Positions 1 to 13,069 of a DNA stretch of 64,000 nt are shown here, piece by piece. The DNA comes from Heterodontus francisci (lineage: Eukaryota): positions 22,889,271 to 22,953,270 of the forward strand of contig NC_090380.1 in assembly GCF_036365525.1 (NCBI RefSeq), given 5' to 3'. A program made the translations under genes and the position numbers. How positions within the stretch are numbered: position 1 is the stretch's first letter; each line of letters begins with the position of its first letter. The notes beneath the pieces were generated by a model. That model was not told where the DNA came from, ran no database searches, and saw only the letters and a list, made by a program, of their open reading frames with translations.

Positions 1-669
1 TGCTGTTCGTATATTCCCAAGTGAGGTATGGCTATTTGGATGAGGTGGGGAAGGACAACTGGTGTTGGTAGAACATGTATCTGCAAGACCCAATGGCTTC
101 TGGGCATGAGTGCATTGTGAAATTATCCTGCCAGTGACTATGAATATTCAGTAATCCCATAAGGCCTGTTACTGGAGTCCAGCTGAATGAGTGTTGCATT
201 CATAACAGTTTATAATAATACATGATTGAGTACTCAATAAATTGTTTTGAAAGTCTATCAGATCTTCAGTGGGAGATTTTGCACCATTTCTCAGAAGTGT
301 CTTTGCATTTTAAATTACACAACAAATAAATGTGTTAACTGAAATCAAGTGGGAATTAATTATTATAAGACCTATATGAATTTTCTCCATGGATCTTCTA
401 CTTAATCTCTTGTCCAATTGCCACTCCTTTAACAATGGGAGTGAACAACCTATTTATACAAGGTGTAGCCAAACTGTAAACATCTTCTTTATACAATGAA
501 GCACAAATCTTCACCGCTCCCCCCACCCCAACCCCTCCCCAAAGGCTAATTTTACAATTCTTGCACTCTGGCACAGAGTTACCGCTGGCAGGAACACAGA
601 TAGGGAATTCAGGCACAGAGATCAGGGTATGTGAGCTGAGTCAGATGCACTCACATCTGTATGTGGAAT

Positions 670-1955
670 TATCTAGAATCTATTATTAAGGACGTGGTAA
701 CCGGGTACTTGGAGAATTACAATATGATTAAATAGAGTTGACATGGTTTTATGAAAGGAAAATCGTGTTTGGCAGACCTGTTATGAGTTTTTTGAGGATG
801 TAGTTAGCAAGGTAGATAAAGGGAAACCAGTAAATAGGGTAGATTTACAGAAGGCATTCGATAAGGTGATGCACAGGAAGTTGTTAGTGCTCATGGGATT
901 CAAGGTAATATACTAGCATGGATTGAGGATTGGTTAATGGAGAGAAAAAGTGTAGGAACAAGCAGGTCATTTTCGGGATGGCAGGGTGTAAGGATCAGTG
1001 CTTGGGCCTCAGCTATTTACAATCTGTATTAATGACTTAGAAGAGAGGGACAGAGTATTGTTTGCTGACAGTACAAAGCTAATTTGGAAAATAAGTTGTG
1101 AGGAGGATGTAAAGAGACTGCAAAGGGAATGTAGACTGGTTACCTGAGTGGATAAGAAGGTGGCAGATGGAGTACAATGTGTGGAAGTGTAAAATTATCC
1201 ACTTTGGTAGGACGAATTGAAAAGTGGAATATTATTTTAAATGGTGAGAGACTGGGAAATGGTATTCAGAGGGATCTGGATGTTGTACATGAATCACAAA
1301 GTTAACATGCAGGTACAGCAAGCAATTAGGAAGGTGAATGGTATGTCAGCCTTTATTGCAAGGAGGGTTGGATTCTAAGAGTAAAGAAGTCTTGCTGCAA
1401 TTAGAAAGGGCTTTGAAGTACTGTGTGCTGCTTTGCTCCCTTTACTTAAGGAAGGATATACTTCCCCTAGAGGGGGTGCAATGAAGATTCACTAGATTGA
1501 TTCCTGGGATGAGAGGATTCTCCTATGAGGAGAGATTGAGTGGAATGAGTTTATATTCTCTGGAGTTTAGAAGAAAGAGAGGTGATCTCATTGAAACATA
1601 GGGCTTGACGGGGTAGATGCTGAGAGGCTGTTCCCCTGGTGGAGAGTTTAGAACCAGTGATCATAGTCTCAGGATAACGGGTCATCCATTCTGGATTGAT
1701 GAGTCCAAATTTCTTCACTTAGATTGTTGTGAAACTTTCAAATTCTCTATCGCAGGGAGCTGTGACTGCTCAGTCATGGAGTATATTTAAGGCTAAGATT
1801 GATAGATTTTTGGGCATGAAGGGAATCAAAGGAAATGGGGATAGCCAGGAAAGTGGAGTTGATATAGACATTCAGCCATGATCTAATTGAATAGTGGAAC
1901 AGGCTCAAGGGGCTATATGGCCTACTCCTGCTCCTATGTCTTAATTTCTTCTATG
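670..1955 (+). mobile_element. Degenerate CR1 LINE, RT and 3' UTR
   Basis: Decayed HGF..GKSC, KAFDKV and GSVLGPQLF coding motifs. 3' tail ggcctactcctgctcctatgtctt is shared with the younger CR1 copies at 16055, 30230 and 58640. Confidence 0.85.
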
Positions 1956-2293
1956 TCATCTGGAATTTCCTATACATGTTCTTGTCAGTCAAAACTCTGC
2001 AGCAGAGCGTGACATTGTAATTTTTACCCTGTGAGGTGAAGTTTTTATCTTTCTGCCAGGAAGAGCTAGTAATATGGTGTTGGTCCATTCTGAACTAGTG
2101 GGCCTCTATTGACAGTTAGTACACATAGATGGAATGGTAAAGTGTCATTGTATTAGAAAAACAAATGAACTAAAATAGCTAAATTGTATAAGTAACTTTT
2201 CACAAACGTTTTAAAAAATATGGGGAAAGTTTTGGCATTTGTATGCTTTGTGGATTTTGCACTGGTAAACAGACCTGCTTCCTCCTTTGCCAG

Positions 2294-2426
2294 ACCGCAC
2301 AGTTTAATGTGGAGCATTTCTCAGGGATGCATAACTGGTACGCCTGCTCCCACGCCCGACCTACATTCTGTAACGTCTGCCGAGAAAGTCTGTCCGGTGT
2401 CACCTCTCATGGACTCTCCTGTGAAG
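2294..2426 (+). CDS. DGKH: Type II diacylglycerol kinase (DGK-eta-like), internal exon: start of C1A domain
   Basis: Acceptor tttgccag|ACC and donor GAAG|gtaaag. Encodes [56 protein letters not shown] and RESL match DGKH rather than DGKD as recalled. 133 nt, phase 0 to 1. Confidence 0.93.
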
Positions 2427-2870
2427 GTAAAGAGCTCACACTCTACAAGACTTCAGTAGAACATACTAGAGTAGCTTGTTACTGATTATTCATTGCATTA
2501 GCCCAGGGGTGTCTAATCTGTGTCTCCTGTGCCTGATCAATTCAGGCCAGAGTCAGGCCAACTCAATCTCATTTACATTTATCTGGTTAACTGCTTTGTC
2601 CTCTTTGAATGTACAGGCCAGGGCTGTTCTTGGGCTGTTGCTTCATTGTTGGATAAAGCCTAAATCAGAACATCAAGTTACAATTACAGCACAGTAGCAG
2701 GCAATTCGGTCCTTCAGCTGTATGCTAGTGTCGGTGCACCACACAAGACTCCTCACACTCTGTTTCAACTCACCCTATCAACATATGCTTCTATTCCCTT
2801 CTCCCTCGTGCTTAACCAACTTCCCTTAAATTCATCTGTGCTATTAATCTCAACCATTCTATTCTGAAGG

Positions 2871-3210
2871 GTGGCGCAGTGGTTAGCACCGCAGCCTCAC
2901 AGCTCCAGCGACCCGGGTTCGATTCTGGGTACTGCCTGTGTGGAGTTTGCAAGTTCTCCCTGTCACTCCCAGGGTTTCCGCCGGTGCTCCGGTTTCCTCC
3001 CACAGCCAAAGACTCGCAGGTTTATAGGTAGATTGGCCGTTGTAAATTGCCCCTAGTATAGGTAGGTGGTAGGGGAATTGTGGGAAGGTGGGGATGTGGT
3101 AGGAATATGGGATTAATGTAGGATTAGTATAAATGGGTGGTTGATGGTCGGCACAGACTCGGTGGGCCGAAGGGCCTGTTTCAGTGCTGATTCTCTAAAT
3201 TAAAAAAAAA
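2871..3210 (+). mobile_element. tRNA-derived V-SINE (HE1-like)
   Basis: A box gtggcgcagtgg, B box ggttcgattc, V-domain core gggtttccgccggtgctccggtttcctcccaca and a CR1-type 3' tail. Close copies at 19399 and 32709. Confidence 0.88.
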
Positions 3211-3930
3211 GTGGGTGCAGGAGCAGAGAGACCTGGGTGTATGTATATGTGCATGGGTCATTGAAGGTGGTGGGACAGGTTGAGAGAGCATTTAATATTA
3301 GCATACAGTATCCTGGGCTTTATTAATAGGGGCATGGTGTACAGGAGCAGGGAAGTTGTGTTGAACTTGTATAGGACACTGGTTTGGCCTCAGCTGGAGT
3401 ATTGCGTCCACGCTTTGGGAAAGACGTGACAGCATTGGAGAGAGTACAGAAAAGATTCATGAGAATGGTTCCAGGGATGAGGAATTTCAGCTATGAAGAT
3501 AGTTTGGAGAAGTTAGGACTATTTTTTCCTTGGAGAAGTGAAGGCTGAGAGGTGATTTGATAGAGGTATTCAAAATCATGAGGGGTCTGGACAGAGTAGA
3601 TAGAGAGAAACCGTTCCCACTCGTGAAAGGATCGAGAACAAGAGGACACAGATTTAAAGTATTTGGTAAGAGAAGCAAAAGTGACATGAGGAAAAACTTT
3701 TTCATGCAGCGAGTGATTAAGGTCTGGAATATGCTGCCTGAGAATGTGGTGGAGGCAGGTTCAATTGAAGCATTCAAAAGGGAATTAGATAGTTATATGA
3801 AAAGGAAGAATGTGCAGGGTTATGGGGAGAAGGCAAGGGAATGGAACTGAGGGAAATTGCTCTTTCGTCAAGCTGGTGTGGACACGATGGGCCGAATGGC
3901 CTCCTCCTGCACTGTAAAATTCTGTGGTTC
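3211..3930 (+). mobile_element. 5'-truncated CR1 LINE 3' end
   Basis: ORF 3557-3850 (RTRGHRFK...RKNFFMQRV..WN.LP) is the CR1 ORF2 C-terminus. Tail gggccgaatggcctcctcctgcactgtaaaattctgtg. Confidence 0.85.
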
Positions 3931-4338
3931 TGTAGTGACTTCTGCATTCTCACCACTCTCTGGGTAAAGAAGGTTCTCCTAAGTTCCTTATTGAATTTTT
4001 TACAGAATCACAGAATTGTGTTCACACTGGCTCAACTATCTCATATTTATGGTCCTTGGTTTTGGATTCCCCACAAATGAAAACGTGTTTTTAGCATTGA
4101 CCCTATTGCAATCGTTCAAGGCTTTAAAGACAGACCTCTGTCAGCCTTTTCTAGAGGAAAGAGCCCCAGGCTATTTCATCTTTCCCGATAATTACAATCT
4201 CTCAGTTTTGGTATCATCCTTGAAAATGTATTTTGCATCTTCTCCATTTGCCTCTATACCCTTTTTGTAATATGGAGACCACATTATGTTAATATTAGTA
4301 ACCTGAGATATATGGGAATTCATAGCAACACAGGTTTA

Positions 4339-4341
<3 letters not shown>

Positions 4342-4389
<48 letters not shown>
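4342..4389. repeat. (TA)n microsatellite
   Basis: About 24 perfect TA units. Confidence 0.97.
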
Positions 4390-4393
<4 letters not shown>

Positions 4394-5079
4394 CAAAAGG
4401 TTTGGACACACCTTGATGCTACGTGAGAATGTCTTTTAGGGAAGTTAGTGTCATTCCTTGACATGTATGAAAGGATCTATAATACTCAGGCACTGTCAGC
4501 AGAATTGAGTTGTAATGGTTTTAGTCAGGGTTATAACAACTGTTTGTTGTAAGGTAGCATGTGTGATTCCTAGCATCTTACAGCTATTAATTAATTTTAA
4601 ATGTGCATCAGTCACCTGCAGTGACGGGTGTGAATTGTCATCTGCACTGTTCCTTATAAGATTCTATTTTTCACTTGTGAATTATTTCACTGGACAAAGA
4701 ATATAGAATTCATTTCTCCAGAGTAACACTGGTTCTTTAGTGTGTCCATGTCAGTTTGGGCTCATTTTGTAGGTCTCTTGCCTCTGAGTCAGAAGGCTGT
4801 AAAGTCAGACACCATTCTTTAGGATGTTATGAGGATGGGATAAGGCGCAATATAAAATGCAACTTCTTTCTCTCAAGCATTTAGTTTTTCTGAATTTCCA
4901 AGCCCAGAACAGGCAGATTTCTCTGATCAACTGTTAACTGTAAAGCCAAACAGAAGCAATTTGTTCTCATAGGCGTAGGGTGACCAAAATTCAATGCTGT
5001 GTTAGTAAATGTCAGTTACAGTACAGTACAGATGCAGTAGTGCACTGTTTGACTGCCTTCTTTCACATGAGATGTGTGA

Positions 5080-5518
5080 AAGAAAGAAAGTCTTGCATTT
5101 ATATAGCGCCTTTCACAACCTCAGGATGTTCCAAAGCGCTTTACAGCCAACAATTTAGCTTTTAAAGTGTAGTCACTTTGCTAATGTAGGAAACTCAGCA
5201 GTCAATTTGCACGCAGTAAGTTCCTACAAACGGCAATATGATAATGACCAGAGAATTTACTTTAGTGATTATGGCTGAGGGATAAATGTTGGCCGGAACA
5301 CCCCTTCTAGTTTTTGAAATGGTGCCATGGAACCTTTGATATCTATCTGAGAGGGCAGACAGTTTTAAGATCTCATAAGAAAGACAACCCCTCAGACAGT
5401 ACAGCACTGCACTGGAGTGATAGACTAGATTTTGTGCTCAAGTCCCTGGAGTGAGACTTGAACCCACAACCTTCTAACTCGGAGACAAGAACGCAACCCA
5501 CTGAGTTACAACTGACGC
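5080..5518 (-). mobile_element. Full-length tRNA-headed DeuSINE (SacSINE1/AmnSINE1-like)
   Basis: The reverse complement has A/B boxes (taactcagtgg...ggttcaagt), a Deu-like domain (tgtctttc..atgag...ccatggcac) and an L2-type tail (aaaggcgctatataaatgcaag). Confidence 0.8.
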
Positions 5519-5519
5519 T

Positions 5520-5772
5520 GTCTGTCTGCTCAGGTGGATATAAAAGTACTATTCGAAGAGTAAGGGAATTCTCCCATTGTCCTGGTTAGCAAATATCCCT
5601 CAACCAAAATCACATTATCTTGTCTGAGATCTGTTGTGTCCACATTCGTTGCCAGGTTTCCTTACATTATATTGGTGACGACACCTCAAAAGTACTTAAT
5701 TGGCTGTAAAGTCCTTCGGGACATCCTGAGGATATGAAAGGCACTTATAAATACGAGTTATTTTGATTCTTT
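5520..5772 (+). mobile_element. DeuSINE 3' half, inverted relative to the adjacent copy
   Basis: tctgtctgctcaggtggatataaaag...gaaaggcacttataaatacgag matches the reverse complement of 5080-5360. Confidence 0.75.
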
Positions 5773-7599
5773 AAAGCCGTGCTCACAAATTTGCAAGAGT
5801 TTTAAAACTAGTGTAAGTCTGGGTGCCAAGCACACAAGTGTGTCCTGCTGTGCTTGGGACATTTCCAATCTATCCCACGAAAGGCTCGGTATTTGGCTAG
5901 CTTCTAATGTAACATACACTGTGTGTGGGCAGCTGTTTGTTCAGGCTGGTCCATCAGAATTAATTCCATGGCACCAGGATGGAAAGGCTTTTTTTTTACT
6001 TCAATCAAATTAAAGAATTCAATTTGCTTTCAAAACCAGAGTCTAAATCCTAACCGACCAAATCACCTATGACATTATTATTGGAGGACCTGTGTTACAC
6101 AATCAGTCACCTCTCAATGTACAGTGCTATGACAGGGAGTTGACCATTTTATTTAATAATGTGCAAGGAGGATTGGATGGAGATAATTAAATGTCAAAAT
6201 GTCTAACATGTATGGTGTTGGCTGACAGATATGACAAAATTTACAAAAAGTAAGATGAGAATTCATAGTATTAACTGAGATCAATTTTTTTAATCTTAAG
6301 AATACAGATGATGTGCAAATGGGGAGTTTCTGATGATCTGATACAGCTATATTCATCACTTTGAATACACTTGGACAGACCCCGCTATATCTTTTTAGCA
6401 ACCGATGCGTCCAATTTTCTTGTCACATACATTAAACTTGTGACACCACTAAGACACTTGCAATTTAGACTGCTACATTTTATGTTTAAACATTTTAACC
6501 CAGTGCATGTTTTAACTCTGGAAATCAAAATCCTCGTTCCTCTCATATGACATCCCAGTGACAGGGTAAAATGGTGAGAAACCTTCTGATCAGTGCCTAG
6601 TTTACAACCAGGTCAAAATACCCACAAAAATTGGAATTTTTGCTTTAAAAATTGCAACAAAACTGCAAACCATTTGTGACTTTTTTACAATCATGATATC
6701 TAAACAGTCACCCATGCACCATTTATAGTCTCACATGGCTGTCATGGCACATTTTATTTTCAAATAAGCAGGTAGTTGCGATGTGAAACTAAAAGTCTGA
6801 AATGTAATTCTTTTTAGGACTATCGGAACATAGGAGCAGAAGTAGGCCTTTCAGCTCTTGGGCCTGTTCCACCATTCAATTAGATCATGGCTGATCTGTA
6901 TCTTAATTCCAATTACCACCACCAACACCCCCCCCACCCCACCCCCCGACAAAGAAAGACTTGCATTTATATAAAGCGTTTCATGATCAATAAACATCTC
7001 AAAGCGCTTTGCAACCAATGAAGTACTTTTGATGTATCATCACTGCTGTAATGGAGGAAACCTTGGTTCCACCAAGGTTATGCCACCCTGTTCTGGATTC
7101 TCCCACCAGAGGAAATAGTTTCTCTCTATCGACTATACCTAAGCTTTTAACCATCTTGAGCATCTCAATTAGATGCCTCATAATCTTCTATACCCAAGGG
7201 AATTCAAGTCTATTCTATGCAGCATGCCCTCATAATTTAACCCCTTTAGTCTCTGTCAGACGACTGAGGATTTCTGGATGATCTTGGATCTGATTTGACT
7301 TTGGCTATTTTTGCAGAATAATTGCTTTCTGGAAGTGAGCATCAGTCCTGGAAATAATACTCCATGCAAAACTTCTGATACAGAGTAGGAATACGAAAGG
7401 CATTCAGTACATTTGAATACCAGCAATATCACACACCAGGAAGGATCCATTGTTGGTTCTTGGAGAAATGTTGGTTATTGGCAGGCAACAAGAAAAAAAA
7501 ATTAGAATTAAAAAAACTCCCTGCAGATGTGAAAGGAAACAAATTCCAGCATTTATTGCCCATTCCTATTCGTCCTGAGAAGACTTATTGAACCACTGC

Positions 7600-7865
7600 A
7601 ACAACAACAACCTGCATTTATATTGGGTATCTAACATAGTAAATCGTCCCAAGGCGCTTCATAGGAGCATTATCAAACAAAACCTGACTCTGAGCCACAT
7701 AAAGAGATATCAGGACTGGTGCTTGGTCAAAGAGGTAGGTTTTAAGGAATCTCTTAAAGGATGAGAGAGAGATTGAGAGGTTTAGGGAGGGAATGCCAGA
7801 GATTAGGGCCCCTGGCAGCTGAAGGCACAGCTGCCAAGGGTGAAGTGATGAAAATTGGTGCAGCA
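7600..7865 (-). mobile_element. L2 LINE 3' end
   Basis: (aac)n tail, then the reverse complement of LKTYLFDQA, as in the L2 copies at 19735-20325 and 40450-41220. Confidence 0.75.
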
Positions 7866-9229
7866 ATTTGATGTAATTGTGGCTTGTATGGGCACTTCAG
7901 AGGGCAGTTAAAAATTAAAATGTTGTGAGACTGGAGTCATATATGGTCCTTCTCAAAAGGACAAATGCTGGAAATACAGCAGGTCAGTCAGCATTTATAC
8001 AAAGAAAAGACACCTAACTAATGGTGTTCGAGCTGGACATGGGTGGAGTGTTACCCTTTTCTACAGATGAATGTTACTGGCTCGTGTTCCAGTGCCCTGA
8101 TGGCCACGTGTGGACAATCAATCACTCCTTGCACAGGAGGGAAGCCAGACAACTGCTGCAAAACCGGGAGCTCTGTCTTGTTGATTGCTGAGGTCAGTGG
8201 GAAAGGTGATGTATTACCCTGTCCTTCAAAGATGCATTCAATCACCTATAATGTAGCTGTGAACTGCTGACTGTGATATGCAGCTAATATCCTCGTAGCA
8301 GTTGGAAAGGATCCAGTGGCAAGAAAATTCTGGGCTGTGGTGACTGTGAGGACTATTGGCATGGCATAATAGCCCTCTGGTCCAACAGGTCCTGTTCCGC
8401 CTCCACCTGCACTTCTCCTCAAAGAGATCCAAGAAGTTGACTCTTGGACTGCAGACCCTGTGTGCTGGCTGTGGCCTCCTACAAACAGTTGCCATCTGAG
8501 AGGCTGAAGTGCAGGCGGGTGGTGATTTCTGAAGCTTCTGCTCATCCTCCAAGCCTTGCTCCATTCAGAAAGAATGGCTCCTATAAATAAGCTGACAGTT
8601 GGGTTGTGAGGGCAACAAAAGTGTAGAAGTAGCAAACTGGAAACTCTCCTAGAAAACCAAACAGTATAAGATCCCGTGAGCTGCAATTGAGAGCCCCTTT
8701 TAGGCAGCGTTAGGTGCTCCTCAATACCAAAACAGCTGCAGTTTGACATGGGTCCTGGGTTGAGTGCGCTCCCCATTATTTTACTTACTTTCATTGTAAC
8801 TCCTGGCAAACAGCCCACTTTCTGCTGGTGTACACCCCCAGTGGTTGAGCTCTGCTTTCATATCTTGCTGTATTATATCTTCAATGTTTCTTTCAAATCC
8901 ATAGTTTCATACTCCATCACTAACATCACACCAGTTACTTTTTAGGCCAGAGAGGCAGTTTGACACTGAAAGAAACCGTAAATGCTGGAAATACACAGCA
9001 GAGTTGGTCAGTATGTATAAAGAGTAAAGACAGGTTCACTTACAAAGTCCGTACCTCTTGTCAGAACTACACTGCTGCGTTGCCAAGTGCTCCATCTGGT
9101 GGGTAGATTGACATCTAGTAAAGAATCATAGAATGCTTACAGCGCAGAAGGAGGCCATTTGGCCCATCATGTCTGTGTTGGCTCACTGCAAAAGCAACTC
9201 AGCTAGTCCCAAAGTATTGAGGTAAGTTA

Positions 9230-10945
9230 CTTTCAGATATGAATGAATGTATGAAGGCAATGGACATGGAGCAGAAACGGAGAGGTCTTGGGGTTCAAGT
9301 ACACAAATCTTTGAAGATGGTAGGATGTGTTGATTAAAGCTGTGAGAAGAGCATTTTGGTGCGGGCTTTATAAGTAGAGGCATAGAGTACAAGGGCTAGA
9401 AAGTTATGATAAATCTTTATAAATCACTAGTTAGGCCTCAGCTGGAGGATTGTGCCCAATTCTGGGCACTGTACTTTAGGAAGGGTATCAAGGCTTTGGA
9501 GAGGGTACACAGGTGATTTACCAGACTGGTACCAAGAATAAGTGATTTCAATCATGTGGAGAAACTAGAGAAGCTTTCGAGCAGAGGTTAAGGAAACATA
9601 TAATAGAGGTGTTCAGTACATGAAGGGTTTTGATAGACTGTTGGCATCCTTCCATCTATGAAAGATGATGGACACGCAGCAAACAATCCATTTAAGTGGG
9701 GTGTCTTCTCTTAATGCACCTTTGTTGATGGCTGTGAAACCCAATCCTTGAGAGGCAGTTTCTGTCACAAGTGCTGTACATGAAGCTGCCAAGTGACACT
9801 GTGAGTTGTTTTTGGCATTGGCGCCTGTTGCCAAGCTGCTGTAGCCACTGGCTGTCGTGATAGTCAGTCCACAGGATGTGTCACCATTTTCCTCTTTCAA
9901 CAGCTAGTGACACCCAGGTCCAATAGTTGACATTTAGAGCCTTCATGTCCTCTTGCAAGCATCCTTGAAGCAGAGCTTTGGGCGCCCCACTGGTCGTCTG
10001 GCCCCAGCTACCTCATCATAAAGAAAGTCCTTGGGTATGTGACTGTCTTCTATCCTGAAGACGTGTCCGATTCACCGAAGCCGCCTCTGTTTGATTAGTG
10101 CCAACACACTTGGGAGCTCTGCCTTTGAGTGGACTGCCACATTTGTGACTTTGTCCTGCCAGGATATACCCATGATGCGCTGCAAACAGTGAAGATGGAA
10201 ATTATTGAGCTGCTTTTCCTGGTAGCTGTAAGTTGCCCATGTTCCTCAGCCGTACAGAAAGGTGCTGAGAACACAGGCTTTATAAACCATCAGCTTGGTC
10301 CTAAGGGTCAGCTTGATGTTATCCCATATGCATTTTGCGAGTCGGCCAATGGTGGTAGCTGCTTTCCCTATGGGTGTATCGAGCTCTACATCGAGTGACA
10401 GATCATCTGTCACCGTGAACGCAAGGTAGCAGTATTTGCTAACCACTTCCATTGGGGTGTTGTTTAGTGTGTTCAGGGGCGGAGATGCAACGCCTTGTCC
10501 CATGACCACAGTTTTCTTGATGCTTATAGTCAAGGAGAACAAGTTGCAGGCATGAGAGAGACATTCTGTGGGTCTTTGTAGCTGAGTTTCCGTGTGAGCT
10601 ACTAGCGCACACTAGTCGCTCACACGGTTTTGGTAGAGTAGATAGGGAGAATCTATTTCTTCTGGCATGGGGGTCAGTAACCAGAGAGCACACAGTAAAG
10701 GTAATTAGCAAGAAATCCAGGGGATAAGAGAATTTTTTTTAACGTAGTGAATTGTTAAGATCTGTGAAGCACTGCTGGAAAGGGTGATACAGTTGTAACC
10801 TTCAAAAGGGAATTGGACGTGTACTTGAAAATGAGAAATTTGCAGGGCTATGGGGAAAGAGCAGGGGAGTGGGACTAATTGCATAACTCCTTTAAAGAGC
10901 TGGCACAGACATGATAGCCCAATTGCCATCCTCTGTGCTGTATGA
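9230..10945 (+). mobile_element. CR1 3' fragment split by an RTE insertion
   Basis: CR1 motifs (LVRPQLE.C.QFW; TR.H) on both sides. Broken at ggttttgataga / ggttttggtaga. Confidence 0.8.
9638..10625 (-). mobile_element. 5'-truncated RTE-clade LINE with a 12-bp TSD
   Basis: ORF 10246-10542 reads GKAATTIGRL...TKLMVYKACVLSTFLYG. TSD ggttttgataga (9626-9637) / ggttttggtaga (10626-10637), one mismatch. Confidence 0.88.
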
Positions 10946-11309
10946 TTTTAAGATTCCGTGATAATATCCGAGTGAATCCAGGCTGCACTTTTTCAATTGC
11001 TTATTATATCCGTCCTACACAGACATACAACATTGGATGCAATACTTCCAACGCGGGCTAGCTAATTAATCAATATAGCATTGATTTTAGTGGGAGTCCT
11101 TTCCATCTGTATGAGTGGGAGAGGAGGAAAGAAATGAAGTGGCTGCTACTCCGTGGTATTGCCTGAGCTTTGTAAATTTGTATGCATTTTCTCAGCTCTG
11201 CTTGCATTTAAATACAACTGTTGAAATGTCTGTACAGGTGGAGATTATCATGGAGTTGTGCCAACTCCATATTGGACTTATCTGCTCTAATCTGTACCCT
11301 TGGATTTTT

Positions 11310-11790
11310 TTTTACATTCATTCTCGGGATTAGGTGTTGCTGGCAAGGTTGGCATTTATTGCCCATTCTTATTTGCCCTTCAGAAGTTGATAGTGAGCTG
11401 CCTTCTTGAACCATTGTAGTCCATGTGATGAAGGTGTTGCTCCAAAAGTGTTGTTAGGTGAGGAGTTGGAAGATTTTGATCCACTTCAAAAAAAGGAATG
11501 GTTGATTATATTTCAAGTCAGGATGATGTGTGACTTGGAAGGGAGCTTGGAAATGGTAGCGTTCCCATGCACTTAATGCCCTCATCCTTCTAGGTGGTAG
11601 AGGTTGCAGGTTTGGGAGGTGTTGGGATTATTTTTGGAGATAGAATACACTGTAGCCATGGTGCACTAGTGGTTGAGGGAGTGAATCTTTAAGGCTGTGC
11701 ATGAGCTGCCAATCAAATGGATTGCTTTGTCCTGTTGGGGTTTGTGCTTCGAGTGTTGTTGGAGCTGCAGCTATCTTCTCTAAGTGTTTA
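11310..11790 (-). mobile_element. 3' end of a second CR1-group LINE family (family B)
   Basis: Reverse complement of the tail gggca...gggcaataaatgc..gcc..catccc..gaatgaat, also seen at 43995-44925. Confidence 0.7.
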
Positions 11791-12179
11791 GTTCCCTCTT
11801 GTGTGTTGCGACTGGGTCATCTGTCATAGCCACTGTGTTAATACATTCCATACTCAAATAACCCTTTGTATGCAAAACGATTCCCCTTATTTCTTCCATG
11901 TGTTTCTAGTACTAGTTCAAAATCTATTGTTCATCAATAAATGGGAATAATTTCTCATTATTCACTCCAATAATTGGATCAGTTTGTATGTTTAATCTAC
12001 GGACATACGTTTTCTGTGCTTGATAAGCTTTTTTCAGAATTTGCTAACTGGTATTAATATTATTTGAATTAGTCTTAAAGCCTGGTCTTTCATTTAGTCT
12101 TTGGAGGTTTATACAATCCTTCTAAAGATCCCAGTATGTCTTTGGGATTCCCGTATCCTAACTTGCACCAATTTTTGAT

Positions 12180-12560
12180 CACACGTCACCTCATGCTTGC
12201 TGATCTACATTGGCTCCCAGTCTGACAACACCTCAATTCTAAAATTCTTCCATGGTCTTACTCCTCCCTATCTCATTCCTCCAATTATGGCTCTTGGTGG
12301 ATCCCCAATTTTAATCTTCCCACCATTAGTGGTCATACCTTCAGCTGCCCAGGCCCTAAAATTCCATCCCGAAAAACTCTCTACCTCTCTCTCCTCTTTT
12401 AAGATGCTCTTTAAAGTCTACCAGTTTGATCAAGCTTTTGATCATCTGTCCACATACCTCCTTATGTGGCTCGGTGTCAAATTTTGTATGATGCTCCTGG
12501 GAAGCACATTGGCATGCTTTACATTAAATGCACTATGCAAATGCATGCTGTTGTTGTACG
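12180..12560 (+). mobile_element. L2 LINE 3' end
   Basis: Decayed LADLHWLP motif and tail gcactatgcaaatgcatgctgttgttg. Confidence 0.75.
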
Positions 12561-12798
12561 AGGATAAAAGCAGGAATGTTTCTGCTTGTTAAATTTTAAT
12601 TATTTTTGCTGCTGGAAATAATTTACTCCAGTCCTGTATGGAAAGTTTGCACCATCTCATTTTATAATCAAGTTATATATTTTTTGGTTTGCTCAATAAT
12701 AACCCTATTATGGTTTATACTTTTTCCTGATTGAGTTGGTGAAATGCTCTACAATGACGTATTGAGCACTCAGATGTGTGCCTTTGTCTCTTTTGCAG

Positions 12799-12905
12799 TT
12801 TGTAAGTTCAAAGCTCACAAGAGGTGCGCTGTGAGGGCAATCAATAACTGCAAATGGACAACCCTTGCATCAATAGGGAAAGATATCATCGAGGATGAAG
12901 ATGGG
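12799..12905 (+). CDS. DGKH: DGK-eta-like exon: end of C1A domain
   Basis: ttttgcag|TT...GATGGG|gtaggt. Encodes (V)[35 protein letters not shown]. 107 nt, phase 1 to 0, in frame with both neighbours. Confidence 0.93.
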
Positions 12906-13069
12906 GTAGGTATGAATAGTTTAAGAATAACCATCTCCATGATTAACCCTTCTGCTTTCACTGTCATGTGTGCAAAGATACTTTTGGTTCATAGATAAGA
13001 AGTTAAGGGGCAGCGGGTAAATTTGGTGCTCGCTGTGGGCAGCATTCTCAAAGAAAAGAGAAATCTTGA

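Larger units (their letters stand above)
2690..4280 (-). mobile_element. Old CR1 3' fragment interrupted by the insert at 2871-3930
   Basis: Matches the uninterrupted copy at 22880-23320. Sequence stops at ...ctcaaccattct (about 2860) and resumes at ...tagtgacttctgcattctcaccactctctggg (about 3933). Confidence 0.7.

Noticed and set aside
2871-2945. Apparent tRNA gene (A and B boxes)
   Set aside because: It is the tRNA-derived head of a V-SINE and continues into the V-domain and LINE tail. The same holds at 19399 and 32709.
8238-8818. 190-aa and 108-aa minus-strand ORFs
   Set aside because: No recognisable domain or splice context. They are antisense in an intron and consistent with chance.
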